A program made the position numbers and the translations under genes. Below the pieces are notes generated by a model. That model was not told the DNA's origin. It did no database searches and saw only the letters and a list, made by a program, of their open reading frames with translations. From positions 13,206,001-13,270,000 of the forward strand of contig OZ038379.1 of NCBI GenBank assembly GCA_964036045.1: DNA of 64,000 nucleotides, read 5' to 3'. This document shows positions 32,969 to 44,900 of the stretch, piece by piece; the stretch's first letter is position 1, and every line of letters begins with the position of its first letter. The stretch is from Eutreptiella sp. 'Long Island Sound 2002' (Eukaryota; Protista; Euglenida).

Positions 32969-35900
32969 CTGCATCGCGTTGGAAGCCACAATGTGACAAA
33001 CATGGTCCATTCATGGCCAGGCTCAACTTAATTACGGGGCGGTGTTCCTTGAAGGCATGTTGGGTAGTGTGTTGTATGACTGGTGCCCAGCACCGTCTTT
33101 TGTGGGACCGACTTTTGTTGAAGGAGGTCATGTAAATGTCTTGGGGGTGGGGTAGGGAAGGAGCATTTCTGTGGGGGAGTGGAATGGTACTCCCACTGCT
33201 CACTGACGGCAACCCCCCTCTTTTCCGAGGTACTCCACCTGCACCACCACCGGCAAAGTGCCTGGGGATGCAGCACACCTCTGATGGGCGGCATGGGCTG
33301 TGGTGCAGGGCGCCCTCTGTTTCAGGGTCTGGGAATGGCTGCGAGTGAAGCCTCTGCCGTTGCAGGCAGGGCAGGGAGCGCCACGCTGCCATGCTGAGGG
33401 GGGGGGGGGGGGGTAACTGTGCGGGGGAAAGTTCTGCAGCAGCCTCGGTGCAACAGACGCTGAATTATCAAAAACGGCCGCACAAATGATGTGTGGTCGC
33501 CGAACTTTGCGCATGACAGACGAGGGGGTGCGGGACTGCTTGCGAGGCCCCTGCTATTGCCACACCGTTGTGAGGAACCGTGGCCCTTGTTTGTCATAGG
33601 CAAATCTTGGCGACTGCACATCAGTTGTTCAACCTTTGTGAAGAATTGGTGCAGAAGGTGTTGCGCCAGAAGAAGCAGATTTCCCCCCCGTGAAGTCGAA
33701 CCCCCCCCCCCCCCGGCGCGGTAGGCCCTGTGCCCCCATTGTGGGGCTGGCCCGGCAGCAGGGGTTGGGGGGTTGGGGGGCGTGGTGGCGGGGCCACCAC
33801 TGCATATTGCCACTCCATTGTGAGGAATGTCTTCGGACCAAGTTGCTGTATACATCTAAATTGTATGTGGCATTCGTTTCCTGGCGGGCGGTGGTGTGCC
33901 AAATATGCAGCACAATCCTGAAAAAAAAAACAACCGGAACAGAACTTTCGTACAGCACTTGCTCAACAAAATCTCTCCCAAGTGAAACCCTGGGCTGCTC
34001 TCGGTGCCATGGGCCAGGCAATCAGTCTCAGAGCGTCCACGCGCCCTGCATCGCACCCCACCCCAGGAGCAGCACGACGGCAGGAGCACATCATGCCCAA
34101 AGATGGTGGGCATGCGCAACCCCCGCATGGCTGTCGCCCATCATTCGGTCTGGGGAGGCGAAGGAGAGGATCCTGCCCGAACCCACCTTCAGTGAGGGCG
34201 CGCAAAAACAGTGGTCCTTGACTTCCTCAATGACGTGCCCATCGTCAACATGGTCAGTCTGCCGGGGGCTCCGTCCAAAACGTTGGTTCGGCCGCACATG
34301 TCTGACCAGATTTGACAAAGGGGCTTGTCGTAAATGCCGGCGTTTCCGTGTGGATCCACCCGCCCCCCTGTCCCCCCCTTCCCCCGGCAACTCGTAGGCT
34401 GGGGCACGGTTGAGGGCATGCAGAGCGGACACACACCCTGATCTTGTGCATCCACCAGCGGTGGTAAATGGTCTCTCCGTGCACACCGAGGTCACACGCT
34501 GACAGCCAGAGACCCGCAGACCTGCAAGGACCCGAACATGACAAGGGGCTCGCGCCCTCCATCGCAGGGGCCAAGGCACAGGCGGTGTGACTGGATCGGG
34601 CACCCTCCGCTGACTGAACTGCGAAGCGCCAAAAGAGACACAAGCGCTGTCAGCCGCACCCGTCGCCCAAACAGGACTGCGAGTACCGCTGCGGCTGCAC
34701 CCACAAGATTGGGCATGTGCCGCACGGGACAAATGATGGGAACGGGCTCAAAGGACTTGAGAGGGATGAGGGTGGTGCCAGTGGCCTCGGGGGAGAGTGA
34801 CCAGCAAATGGAGCAGAGAGGACAGCCAAGCACCAATTCCCCCTCACGGCAGGGCAAGGGAGGGACGAACCAGGGGAAGGATCCCGGCACTTGTGCGTGT
34901 GGGTGTACACCATGACTGGGTCTGTTCGGAAGGCCACAACACTCCAGTGAGACGCCGGGGCATCCCCGGCGTCGTGCAGGGGTCTGGGGGGATGACAGGA
35001 GGAAATGGGATGCATGGTGCAGGATGTGGTAGTAGCAGTGAGAACTGCGAGCCAAGCGCATGAGACTTTGCCCGGGTAGTAGAGTGCTGACCTATTACAC
35101 GATCCAATACGTATCAGCGAGTACATATCAGATCTAACACGTGTTAGATCTAATATGCGTATCAAACGAGTAAAACGGACATATTCCATCCTCTTTTGGG
35201 AATATTACCTGTTCGTGTATACAACACATGCAGAGTGGTCTACGACATGTCCATGTTGTACACCAGGTGTGCACAGTGCCTACAGACTACCAACAGGTAA
35301 ACAGGTATGTGGACAGTGTCTACAAACTGTGCACAGTGTGTAGACTAGTGTCTACAGTAGATCTAACGCGTATTAGCCAATACATGTGAGATCGCGCATT
35401 AGGCCACCTTTGTAACAAGATGGGATGCCATATGGGGTACCCCGGCGAAGCTCTTGAGCAGGGGGGCAATAGCGCCCCCTTCTTTCGCCTTCCTGGCTGC
35501 ACCTCCACAGTCCTAATCCCTCACATCTCTGCCGCTGCGTTGGGGCAACCGTGTGGCTTGTCTTTCTCCACCGACGCCAACGTGACTTCTGGCCGACCGT
35601 CGTCGGCCTTTGAAGCTGGCCTTGCATCGGAGGGCTTTGGATCGGGGCTCAGGCTGTCCTCGTCAGCAGCCTGAACACCTGCCCCCCCGCCCCCCCTCCT
35701 GCGACTGACAGTCACCCACCCCATGGCCGTACCCGGCTGAGATGCACCGAACATCTTAAGGGGCCGCCCCTCCAAGGCCTGGGTGGCAGACCTGTAGTCA
35801 ACTAGCGGCGGCTGCCCATTGACCAACAGCGATGGGCGCCACAAACGGCAACTCGAACAAGAGGGGCCGCCGCGTCAACACACGACGAATGCCCAGTTGG

Positions 35901-38900
35901 CCCTGGTGTGCAGGGCCTCAGCGGTCGTGACTGCATTCCTGTCCCCATCCCCGTGGGGGGGGGGGGGGCACCCTCAGTGCACCTGTCCTTCATCAGATAG
36001 GGGTCCAAACTAGTCTTCAGATGTGATCCGAAGTCACGGATGACCGCCAAGTTGTCCTGCGAAGCACTGTTCTTGAAACTGAGCCACGGCAACCCTGAAC
36101 AAGATGAACCAGATGTCTGCCTGCCACACAGCGCCAGACAGACAGATTGACTGACTGACAGAAGAGGAGGAGAAGGAGACATGGCCATCCACTGGGCTGT
36201 CAGCCTCTTCACAACCTGCCTGCTAAAGCCCCTGTGGTGACACAAGGGTGGTGGTGCCTGTGTGTACACAAGCACATCTATCGCCTGTGTCGCCAAATAG
36301 GGGCCTGCGACCCTTGGTGTGGTCTCTGCTATGCCTGCCATCCATCAGGGTGGCACACCAACAAAATGGACGGGTGCATGTGGTGCAGCGGTCTGTTCCA
36401 GCAGGAAAGCGCCCTGCTCCTGTCTTGACCTGCCAGGGGGAGCCTGCACCGGAGCAACATTTTCTGTTCAAAGCAGGTTTCTGCACTGGCAATTGCGTGG
36501 ACATATCCAGCCATGAGGGGTCCTTAGGCTCAGATCCTGACCCCAAACCCCCCCCCTCAACCTTGGGAGCCCTGCGTGGGGTGGGGGTCCTTGGGGGGAC
36601 CTGGGGGGCCACCGGGCTGAGGTCCCATGTACCCCAGCATATTCACGTCAAATGATCCCCTTTTTGCACTGATCATTCTAGACCCACAGTGGAAAATGTG
36701 AGTCGTGTACAAAAAAGCGCCACATCGTGTAATGTTTTTTTTGTATTGTTCGCGTGTATATTTTTTTTTTTGGCTGTCAGCGTGTGAAAATTGCATCTTT
36801 TTCAAATACCGCCATCTTTTTTAAATACCGCCAGCGTGCGTATTTCTTTTTTGTGCGTATTTCTTTTTTGTTATCAGCGCGTGTACACTTGCTGGTTCCG
36901 TACAGCACCCCATAGCAACCTTAACGATGGGACGCATAGTCCACAAAGCACCAAGTGTTAGTTGGGAATCGGCCAATGTAACATAGTATCACATAGTGGA
37001 ACTGGGACTTGGCACTAGAAACAAAATGAGGCTGAAGAAAAGAGTCTTAACAGGGCCATGGCCAACATCAGTGTGCTAGAACTAGGAACAAAACTGGGTG
37101 TAATAAAAAAAAGAGAACCCGGCCCGGCCATAGCCAATGTTAGTGCTTGACATGCTCGAAGAGTAAGTTGGCCTTAGTATCTTACTATACTTCTTGGTTT
37201 GCCTCCGTGTGCACATCCCAAAGATATTTTTCTTTCAAATCCTCTAGCAACTTTTTGCAAAATTCTTGGTCATTGTGCATGTGGCCATCGGCATTGGGTG
37301 GATATCTAGGAGGCACTGTATACCACTTGCAACACATCCACACACTGGGACATGTGTTATCAATGGCATCATAGGCATGGTTGGTGCTCTTTGGCAAGGG
37401 TGCGGGGTCACTAGGTGTGGTGTTGAGAAGGGATGGGGTTGGCCCCGCTGCAGTAGGGGGAGGGGGAAATTGGCTTGCACCCAGGGCGAGGGTGGGTTAC
37501 GGATGTCACGAGAAGGAGGGGGGGGGGGTCTGGGAAACGGACATTTGTGACGGGACCCATGGTAGGTCCCAACTAAATCGCCTTTTTTTACCCTATATCA
37601 AGAGGTCAAATTATTTTTCACCCTTTGTGTTTATACTCAAAATGCATAGAATTCTATGGAGAATCTGCATATGCATGCACAGCATGAAGAAAACGGTTAC
37701 CACCACCACCACCACCACCACCACCACTTTCCATCTAGCTGTGGATCCCCCATTGTTAGGGTACAAAATTTTTTTTTGCAAAAAGATCTTGACACCCCTT
37801 ATGTTTAGCACGTCGCGCTGATCATTTTGATACCCGTATGTTGGGGTCCGACCCACCCTACTCCCGGCCCCCAATGGCCCCCCCACCCAATGCCCCCCCA
37901 GAGACCCCTGAAGGACCCCCAAAGCCCCCCCCCCCCAATGACCCCCCCAATGACCCTCAAATGACCGGCTACCGCCCCCCACCCAAATCCCGTCATGGCT
38001 GTGAGGAAAGAGGGGGGGGGGGGTTGCAGACATGGACATTTGTGACCCCCCCCCCCGTAGGCGCAAGCCAATTTTCGGGATCCCTAGGGTTGGTGCCCCG
38101 TGGCAAGGCTACAGGGTCACTAGGAGTGTCGTTGGGGAGAGACAGGGTTGACAACGCAAGAGCATCCGCCAACATAGCGCGGGAGGTGAAAGGAGGGTCA
38201 ACTTCCTCAACACCCTCTAGATCTTCACCGGGGGGTTGAATAACGGGCACAGTGCGATCAGCATTCACGACACTCAAGATGTACGGCACAAAGCCAATTG
38301 GCATTGGGTGAAAGAAAGATCAACAAGAGGAGCACGATGGCCAGCCACCTCCATCATAATGTGCAGGCTATGAAAGCTACAAGACCAAGCATCACCTTGG
38401 AAACCTAAGGCTTTGTGCTCATAGTCCATCACCCCAACTCAAGGGGCCACACTGAAGCGTGGGAGTCCATCACCCCAACTCGAGGGGTCAATCAGAAGTG
38501 GTGCTAGGCCCTGCAAATTGATTTTTACCTTCGGCACATGTATTTTCGTTCAGCGTGTGTAATTTTTTTTTGCTATCGGTGCGTTTAAATTTTTTTATTG
38601 TCGGCGTGGTTGCAGAAAAAAGTCGCCACGTTGTGTAGTTTTTTTTGTCGTCACGTCGTGTATTTTTTGTTTTCCTGTCACGCGGTGTACCCCAAAAACA
38701 TTACACATGCTGACAGTAAAAAAACATTACACGACATGGTGATTGTTTTCCGTACACATGGTGGCAGCGAAAAAAATACACGACTTACAACATACACCAC
38801 GAACACACATATGTGGGGTTTTTGAAAAAAAGATTTGTCCCCTGGGGTCCAGTCCCAGCACCCAGGTTTTGCGGGGCTGGATGGGGGAGGTCAGGGGTCA

Positions 38901-41900
38901 GAAAAAAATTCATGTTTTGCATACATATTTGGATTCCCCATAAAATTCTGAGCATTTTGAGTATACACTCATGTGGTAAAAATGAAATTTCCCCCCCCCA
39001 CCATATGCCAAAAAAAAAACCCAGCACCTTTGGCGCCAAATTGGGGCCAAATGTGGACCAGACGTCCTCACGTTTTGGACCACCTGGGGGGGGGGGGTCA
39101 AATGTGAGCCTGACGACCCCCCTGTATCCTGCAGTGTGTAGGAGGAGCATTGTGAAGGGGGCAACAAAGTGGAAGAAAGTGTCGTGTTCTGGTCCAGGGT
39201 TTCACACTCAGCGCCCCTTCTCATGTGAGCCCAGCACACACTCTGTTGGACAGCGAGGCCGACAGGCGCGCAGAGCACAGCACACCGAGCATGTTCTTGA
39301 CAACCCAATTGTCGTACTTGTGCTGCGATATGAAGATGGGTGTTTGGATGTACTTCAGGAGATACCCCGGGAACATGCAGTGCCACGCAGATGGCTCTCC
39401 AACCACACAGGCCGGATGATATCCTGAAAGAGCAGGGCAGAAAATCAGTGCCTTGGTCAGATGCTTGCGGGCGTGGGGGGTTGTGGGAGCACTTTGTCTT
39501 GTTGGTGCCTTGTATGACACTTTTGGGAACAAGGTCAGTGGGCGTGACACCTGTGCTGCAAGCAGCTCAACTTCAGCTTGCGTGCAACGCTGCTGGAGTT
39601 CCTTGCACTGCTGAGGCACCTTTCATCAACTGCCAACCCGAGCGGGCCTCAACAACTGGTCTTCCGCAAGCCAAAACACATTCACATTTCTCAAAATTCA
39701 CGCTTAAAATCTCAAGGACCTTGAACAATCGGGGTGCAACTCCGGTAATTACTCCAACTTGCAACGTTGGAGGTCTGTGTTGACAAGCATGATACACAGA
39801 GAGGAGACTCGCTCTTCCATGACAAAGCGTCTCGTTAGATATCTATTCCAGGTGCTTTCGGATGAGGATTCAGGTCTTCCCTTGGCTCTTTGGGCAATGC
39901 GGTTGCCCAGCCTGCGCACTGCGTGCCACCGCAGGGCACGGCGGCTCACAGCTGCAGGCTTTTACCCCCCAACTGAACTTTTTCCAGTTGGACGTCACAG
40001 AGACCTTTCACATGTCAGAGAGTGGGCCCTTGTATGAATGCTGCGGCAATACATGCAGTGCAGCATCAGCATTTCAGTCTCCAGGCCAGTTTCCCGACGA
40101 GCATTGCACAGTCAAAACGACACTGCCAATGCAAACCTGTGGCATTCCAAAGGTCGTGGCCCCGCTGCAGACTTTCACAGTGCGACTTTCCATGAGAGCC
40201 TACGCAAACAGCCGGGGCGATCACAACACGCAACACGCAAGCGCTGGCAATGGCCATTGCCCCGCATTGGAGATAGAGAGCCCTGCGCCCTTGATAGAGG
40301 GCATTGGTGGCATAAAAGTGAGCAGTGCTCGCCTCCACTTACTGAGAGTTGAGGAGACAAATCTTCTGCAATGGGGTTGGATTGATAGCAACAGCAACGA
40401 AACACAGCAGCGCGAGGGACTACAGTTTGATCTTGAACAATGGTGCGTCGCTCCATCGACAACATCCACAACGTTGACAACATCGACCGATGGAGGGCAG
40501 CCTACACCCACCTAAGCGAAGCAGCACAGGAAAGCTGAGAGGGGGGCATGGGCACTAAAAGCCGCTCATACTTTTCCGGTAATCCAGGAAAAGGCCGGCA
40601 TCCAAAAGCCCGAGGACTCGAGTTGTAGCAGGAAACTTCTTGGCCATTTGGTCGATATGAATCATCACTGCCATGGCACCTGTCAGACATCCAGGAATAG
40701 GACCAGGGACTGGAGTAGAGGATGTAGGGAAAAAAGTAGCTAAGATCAGGCCGCCTGGCTTGTTCTATTAGCTTTGGGCACGACTGTGAGACCGTGGTAT
40801 TGCACAGAGGGCAGAAAGCGGCACTTTCACCGCAGGCACCCCCCACAACGTGGTGCGTGAATGCAGCTGTCGACTGGTGGCAGGGCACACGCTTGCCCAG
40901 GTCGAGAAGTGTCTTGAGATGCACAACAAGGGTGGGGCAGCATCAGCCGGAGACATCATTGCAAACGACCAAACCGAAGCGCCGTTATTTTGCTGGGTGC
41001 AGGGGGGTCTCATGGATTCCGATTTAGAGAGAGTTGCAACCGCAGTCTGCAATGAACCCATTTGCTTGTGTCGGGTTGCATCCGCACCGCCTCCACTTTA
41101 TCCGGAGCCCAGGGACCTCCTCCGAAGCATGCTAACCCCTGAACGCCTCGGCACCCAGCCCTACCTGCAGAAAGAAAACGACCCCCAGCGCCCAGCCCTA
41201 CCTGCAGAAACAAGACCACCCCGGGCGCCCGGGGCGACCTGCAGAAATAAAACGACCCCCAGTGCCCAGGCCAAACTGACCCCCGCTGCCCGGGTCAACC
41301 TGCAGCCCAACTGCCTCCATGCAGCAGAGTGGTGCCGGACTCTTGGCGACCCACATCTTTGTGCCCTCGTGGCCTATGCCACCCTGTCTGCACGGCGAAC
41401 CGTCTCAGAGGCATGTGATACGGAGCCCTGGAAAATCACCTGCACCAAAACACCTGCATCCCCGGCAGCTGGACCGCCACTTTCTACGTTTGATACATTT
41501 GATTTGATTGTTCCCTCCTTCCAGAGGGGCGGGGGTCGCTGTATTGAATATTTTGTGTCCCTCGGTGTATCGCATGCCACTCATGCTGATAGTGCACATG
41601 CACAGCGGTGTGTGGCTGTGTGCCGGGTACGGAGAGTTAGCCGTGGTGAAGGCAGCGGGGCAGACCTGCTGAGTGTCCCGCAAACACAACGGTCTCCGCA
41701 TCGCCCAGCTTGTGCCGTTTGAAGAGGTCTTGGAGGTTGGACTGCAAGATCCTCCAGCCTCGGTAATACACCTTGGCCGAAACCCTAACGACATCCGAGA
41801 TCAGCATTGCCACATTGCATCACGTGTCTAAGGGTGCAACACACGAACCGCTTTGCTGCTCAGATACACGACCAGAGCAGCTCAATACTCTCCCCCATTT

Positions 41901-44900
41901 AGTGATAGCCACACAGATAATACGCAGCGCAGGCTGACAATTCGCAAAGTGAAGGGCGTGGCACAACACACACTGCGGGGCATTGGTCCATGGAAGCCAT
42001 CGTCTCTGGTAAGACACTGCCTTTGTACCAAACCAGCTCAGACAAGAAGGAAAGAGGAAAGCGTAGCTCGATTGTGGAAACAAGCGGAAGTCGCTTTTTT
42101 TGGGGGGCGTAAGTCGCGTTTTTTTCCCGACGGAAACTGTTTTTTTTGGCGTAAGTCGCGTATGGGAAAAAAAAAACCCTTTTTTTCCAAACAAAAAGGC
42201 GGGAAACACAAGAACCACCCAACAACCGCCATTGCTACCGGAGGAGGTGAAGCATATAGCCCCCCTAACATTTTGGGTACCTCCGGCACGGGTAAAGCAA
42301 TGGAGCCGTGGCGCGAAGGGTGGTTTTTATACTCATCGCCGGCAGATGGTGGAAATAACGTGGAGCACACTCATCATGACCGCAAACAAAAAGTGCAATT
42401 TGCCCTTCGGCCTTGGGGAAGCGGTATCAAAATGACTATAGTGCTGCCGGCGCCACCGGCTACGAAGCTCAACCCAGCGATACCACCTGAGTCCGGTCAC
42501 CTCGGGCCAACTACATTCTTCGCATGCAACCATAATGGTGTGGGGCCAACTACAAGAAGTCGGCAAACACACGCTTGTAGATCAAATCAGACTTTGTGTC
42601 CGATGCCTTCGGCTTTGGACGCGGATTCGTGTTCCGCGCACAAGCGTTACGGATGTCCTTCGCAAGCAACTCCTCCTGCTCTCGAATAAATTGTTTGTGG
42701 TTCACCAACGACCCTCTGCGCCCTTTGGGTACGCCTTGGGCACCTCGAAAAGCTTCCCACGGATGAACACGCATGGACGGGCATCATCACTTGTGGAGGG
42801 GTTAGAAGAGGAAGTGGACTACGGGGTCTGTGGAGGGGCCTTAACATTGCCCTTCACTGACTTCCCTGAGTCCCTAACCCCAACTCAAGGGGCCACGCAA
42901 CAAAGCATGGATTGCGAGTCCCTAACCCCAACTCAGGGGGCCACGCAACAAAGCGTGGGAAAGAGAAACAAGAAAGAAAGAAAGAAAGAATGCACTACTG
43001 CGTTCGCCCCTGAAAGAATTTGGTAGTGCACTTGGGCCGGGGGTTTGCTCCGAATGCAGGATCTTCACTTCGCAACAAACGACATTGGTATAGCGGCCCG
43101 TCTTGCTAATCTTCCGCTGGAAAGCACTTTGCAACAAACGACATTTGTATAGCGCCTCGTCTTGCTAATCTGGCGCTCAAAAGCACTGATGGTTTGATGA
43201 AAAGAAAGCATACACTAAAAAAAGGGGGTGCCGTTGGCAGCATGCGAAAAAAAAGAGGGCCGTTGGGGCCATGCAAAAAAAAGTGGGCGCCGTTGGCGCC
43301 ATGCCCCCAACCCACTATCTCTCAAAACCCCGGGGGGGGGGGGGGGTGTCGCATACAAGGACCGGGCCCGGCCACCCCCCTTGCAAAGGGGAACAAAATC
43401 AGAAGTGGCTACCTCATCGCCCTTATTTTTTTTTTGGCAGTAGGTTGCGTATCGAAATAAGTGTAGGTCGCGTAACCAAAAAAGCGTACCTCGCTTTTGT
43501 TTTTTTTAAAAAAAAAGTGTAACTCGCTTACTTTTTTTTTTTGCTGTAGGTCGTGCATCAAAAAAAGTGTAGGTTGCGCAACGAAAAAAGCGTAGCTCAC
43601 TTTTTTTTTAAAAAAAACCGCAAGTCACCTAAGTTTTTTTTTTTAGGTGTAGGTCGCATCACAAAAAAAGCGTAAGTCGCGTACCATACATTTTCAAGTT
43701 TTTTTTCCCACACTCGCGTAACGCCTAAATAAAGAAATAAATAAGCGACTTACGCCAAATAAAAAAAAAATAAGCGACTTACGCTTGACACAGAAGGATC
43801 TGCCTATGGCTTAGCTGACGCCGGACACTGTTTTTACAGACAATCCGGCCAGAGACGCCCTTTGAGGGGGCAGAAGGCTGAAGGGGGTTTGACAAGGGGT
43901 TGCCAAAGCGATAACCGGTGGTTGGAAAAGCGCTTGGGGGGCAGGGTCTCGCGTGCACAAAGCGGTTGGAGGGCCGTTGGGGGTGGAGGGAACCGGTTGG
44001 GGCGGAATGCTTTCTCACTCCCAAAGCGTATGCCCCCCCCCCCCCCCCGTGTTCAAGCGCATGCCTTTGCATTTGGCGGCGACCATTACGGACGTTCCCA
44101 TGCAATTCACCGGCGTCCAACACGTGTCACCTCGGGAAAAGACAACGGCGGCAGATGGTGGGTACTACGTTTCCTTATCCTCCACGCAAATCAGTTGAGG
44201 TGGACTTCGGGGGCTCTTCACAGACCCACTCACCCGAAACTTTGCACCGAAACCCGCGCTGAGGCAGCCCCCCTTCAGGCCCCCCAGACGCCCTTTTGGA
44301 CGCCCCCCCCCCCTCCCCCCCCATCCCCCGTCACATGCAGTGCATGCCTGGGGCCCAAGCGAGTCACCCGTCGCTTCCTCCTCCGCCACTCAGCGGCGCC
44401 GGGTCCACTACGGCTGTGCTCGTCGGCTGCCTTTCATTCCCGGCGGCATCACTATCCCCACGAGTCCGCTCCTGCTGCTGGTGTCCGCACGTTGAGGGCA
44501 CATGGAAGTGGCGGGGGCGGACCGAATTGTGATCCCGAAGGCGTGTGTGCCCTAGCAGCCGAGGGAGTGGGCCGCGCGGTACGCCCGGGCGCAGATACTT
44601 GCACCTCCACGCGTTGGTGGGTGGGTGGGCTGTCCCCCCACTGGGGTGGGGGTGATGGGGGCGGGTTCAAAAATTGTGCGGGGGGGGGGGGGGGGTGGGG
44701 AGGCGCTCCTGATACCACCGCGACGAGGTCCCCATTGTGCAACCCCCCCCCCCTCCGCCGCCAGCATCATCTTTTTGGGGGCGGGCGCCTGGCATTTTGC
44801 CTCCCCCACGGGCACATATCTTGAAAGGGGGGGGGGTGACCTAATTAAAAATATCTTGAAAGGGGGGGGGTCGCTGCAAAGCGCGTGCAGACCAGCGCAG

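Noticed and set aside
33820-33870. FGPSCCIH resembling the PAE SC..H motif
   Set aside because: Wrong strand; the true His exon is 34437-34521
34080-34320. Plus-strand coding-like fragment (IIRSGEAKERILPEPTF.../TVVLDFLNDVPIVNMV) as a nested gene
   Set aside because: Frameshifted, short, no splice-consistent partner exons found; at most a decayed fragment
40280-40330. IEGIGGIKV resembling a retroviral protease flap
   Set aside because: No upstream D(T/S)G catalytic motif and no other LTR-element domains nearby
43862-44824. 320-aa plus-strand ORF
   Set aside because: Open only because of G/C homopolymer-rich intronic sequence; poly-Pro/Gly translation
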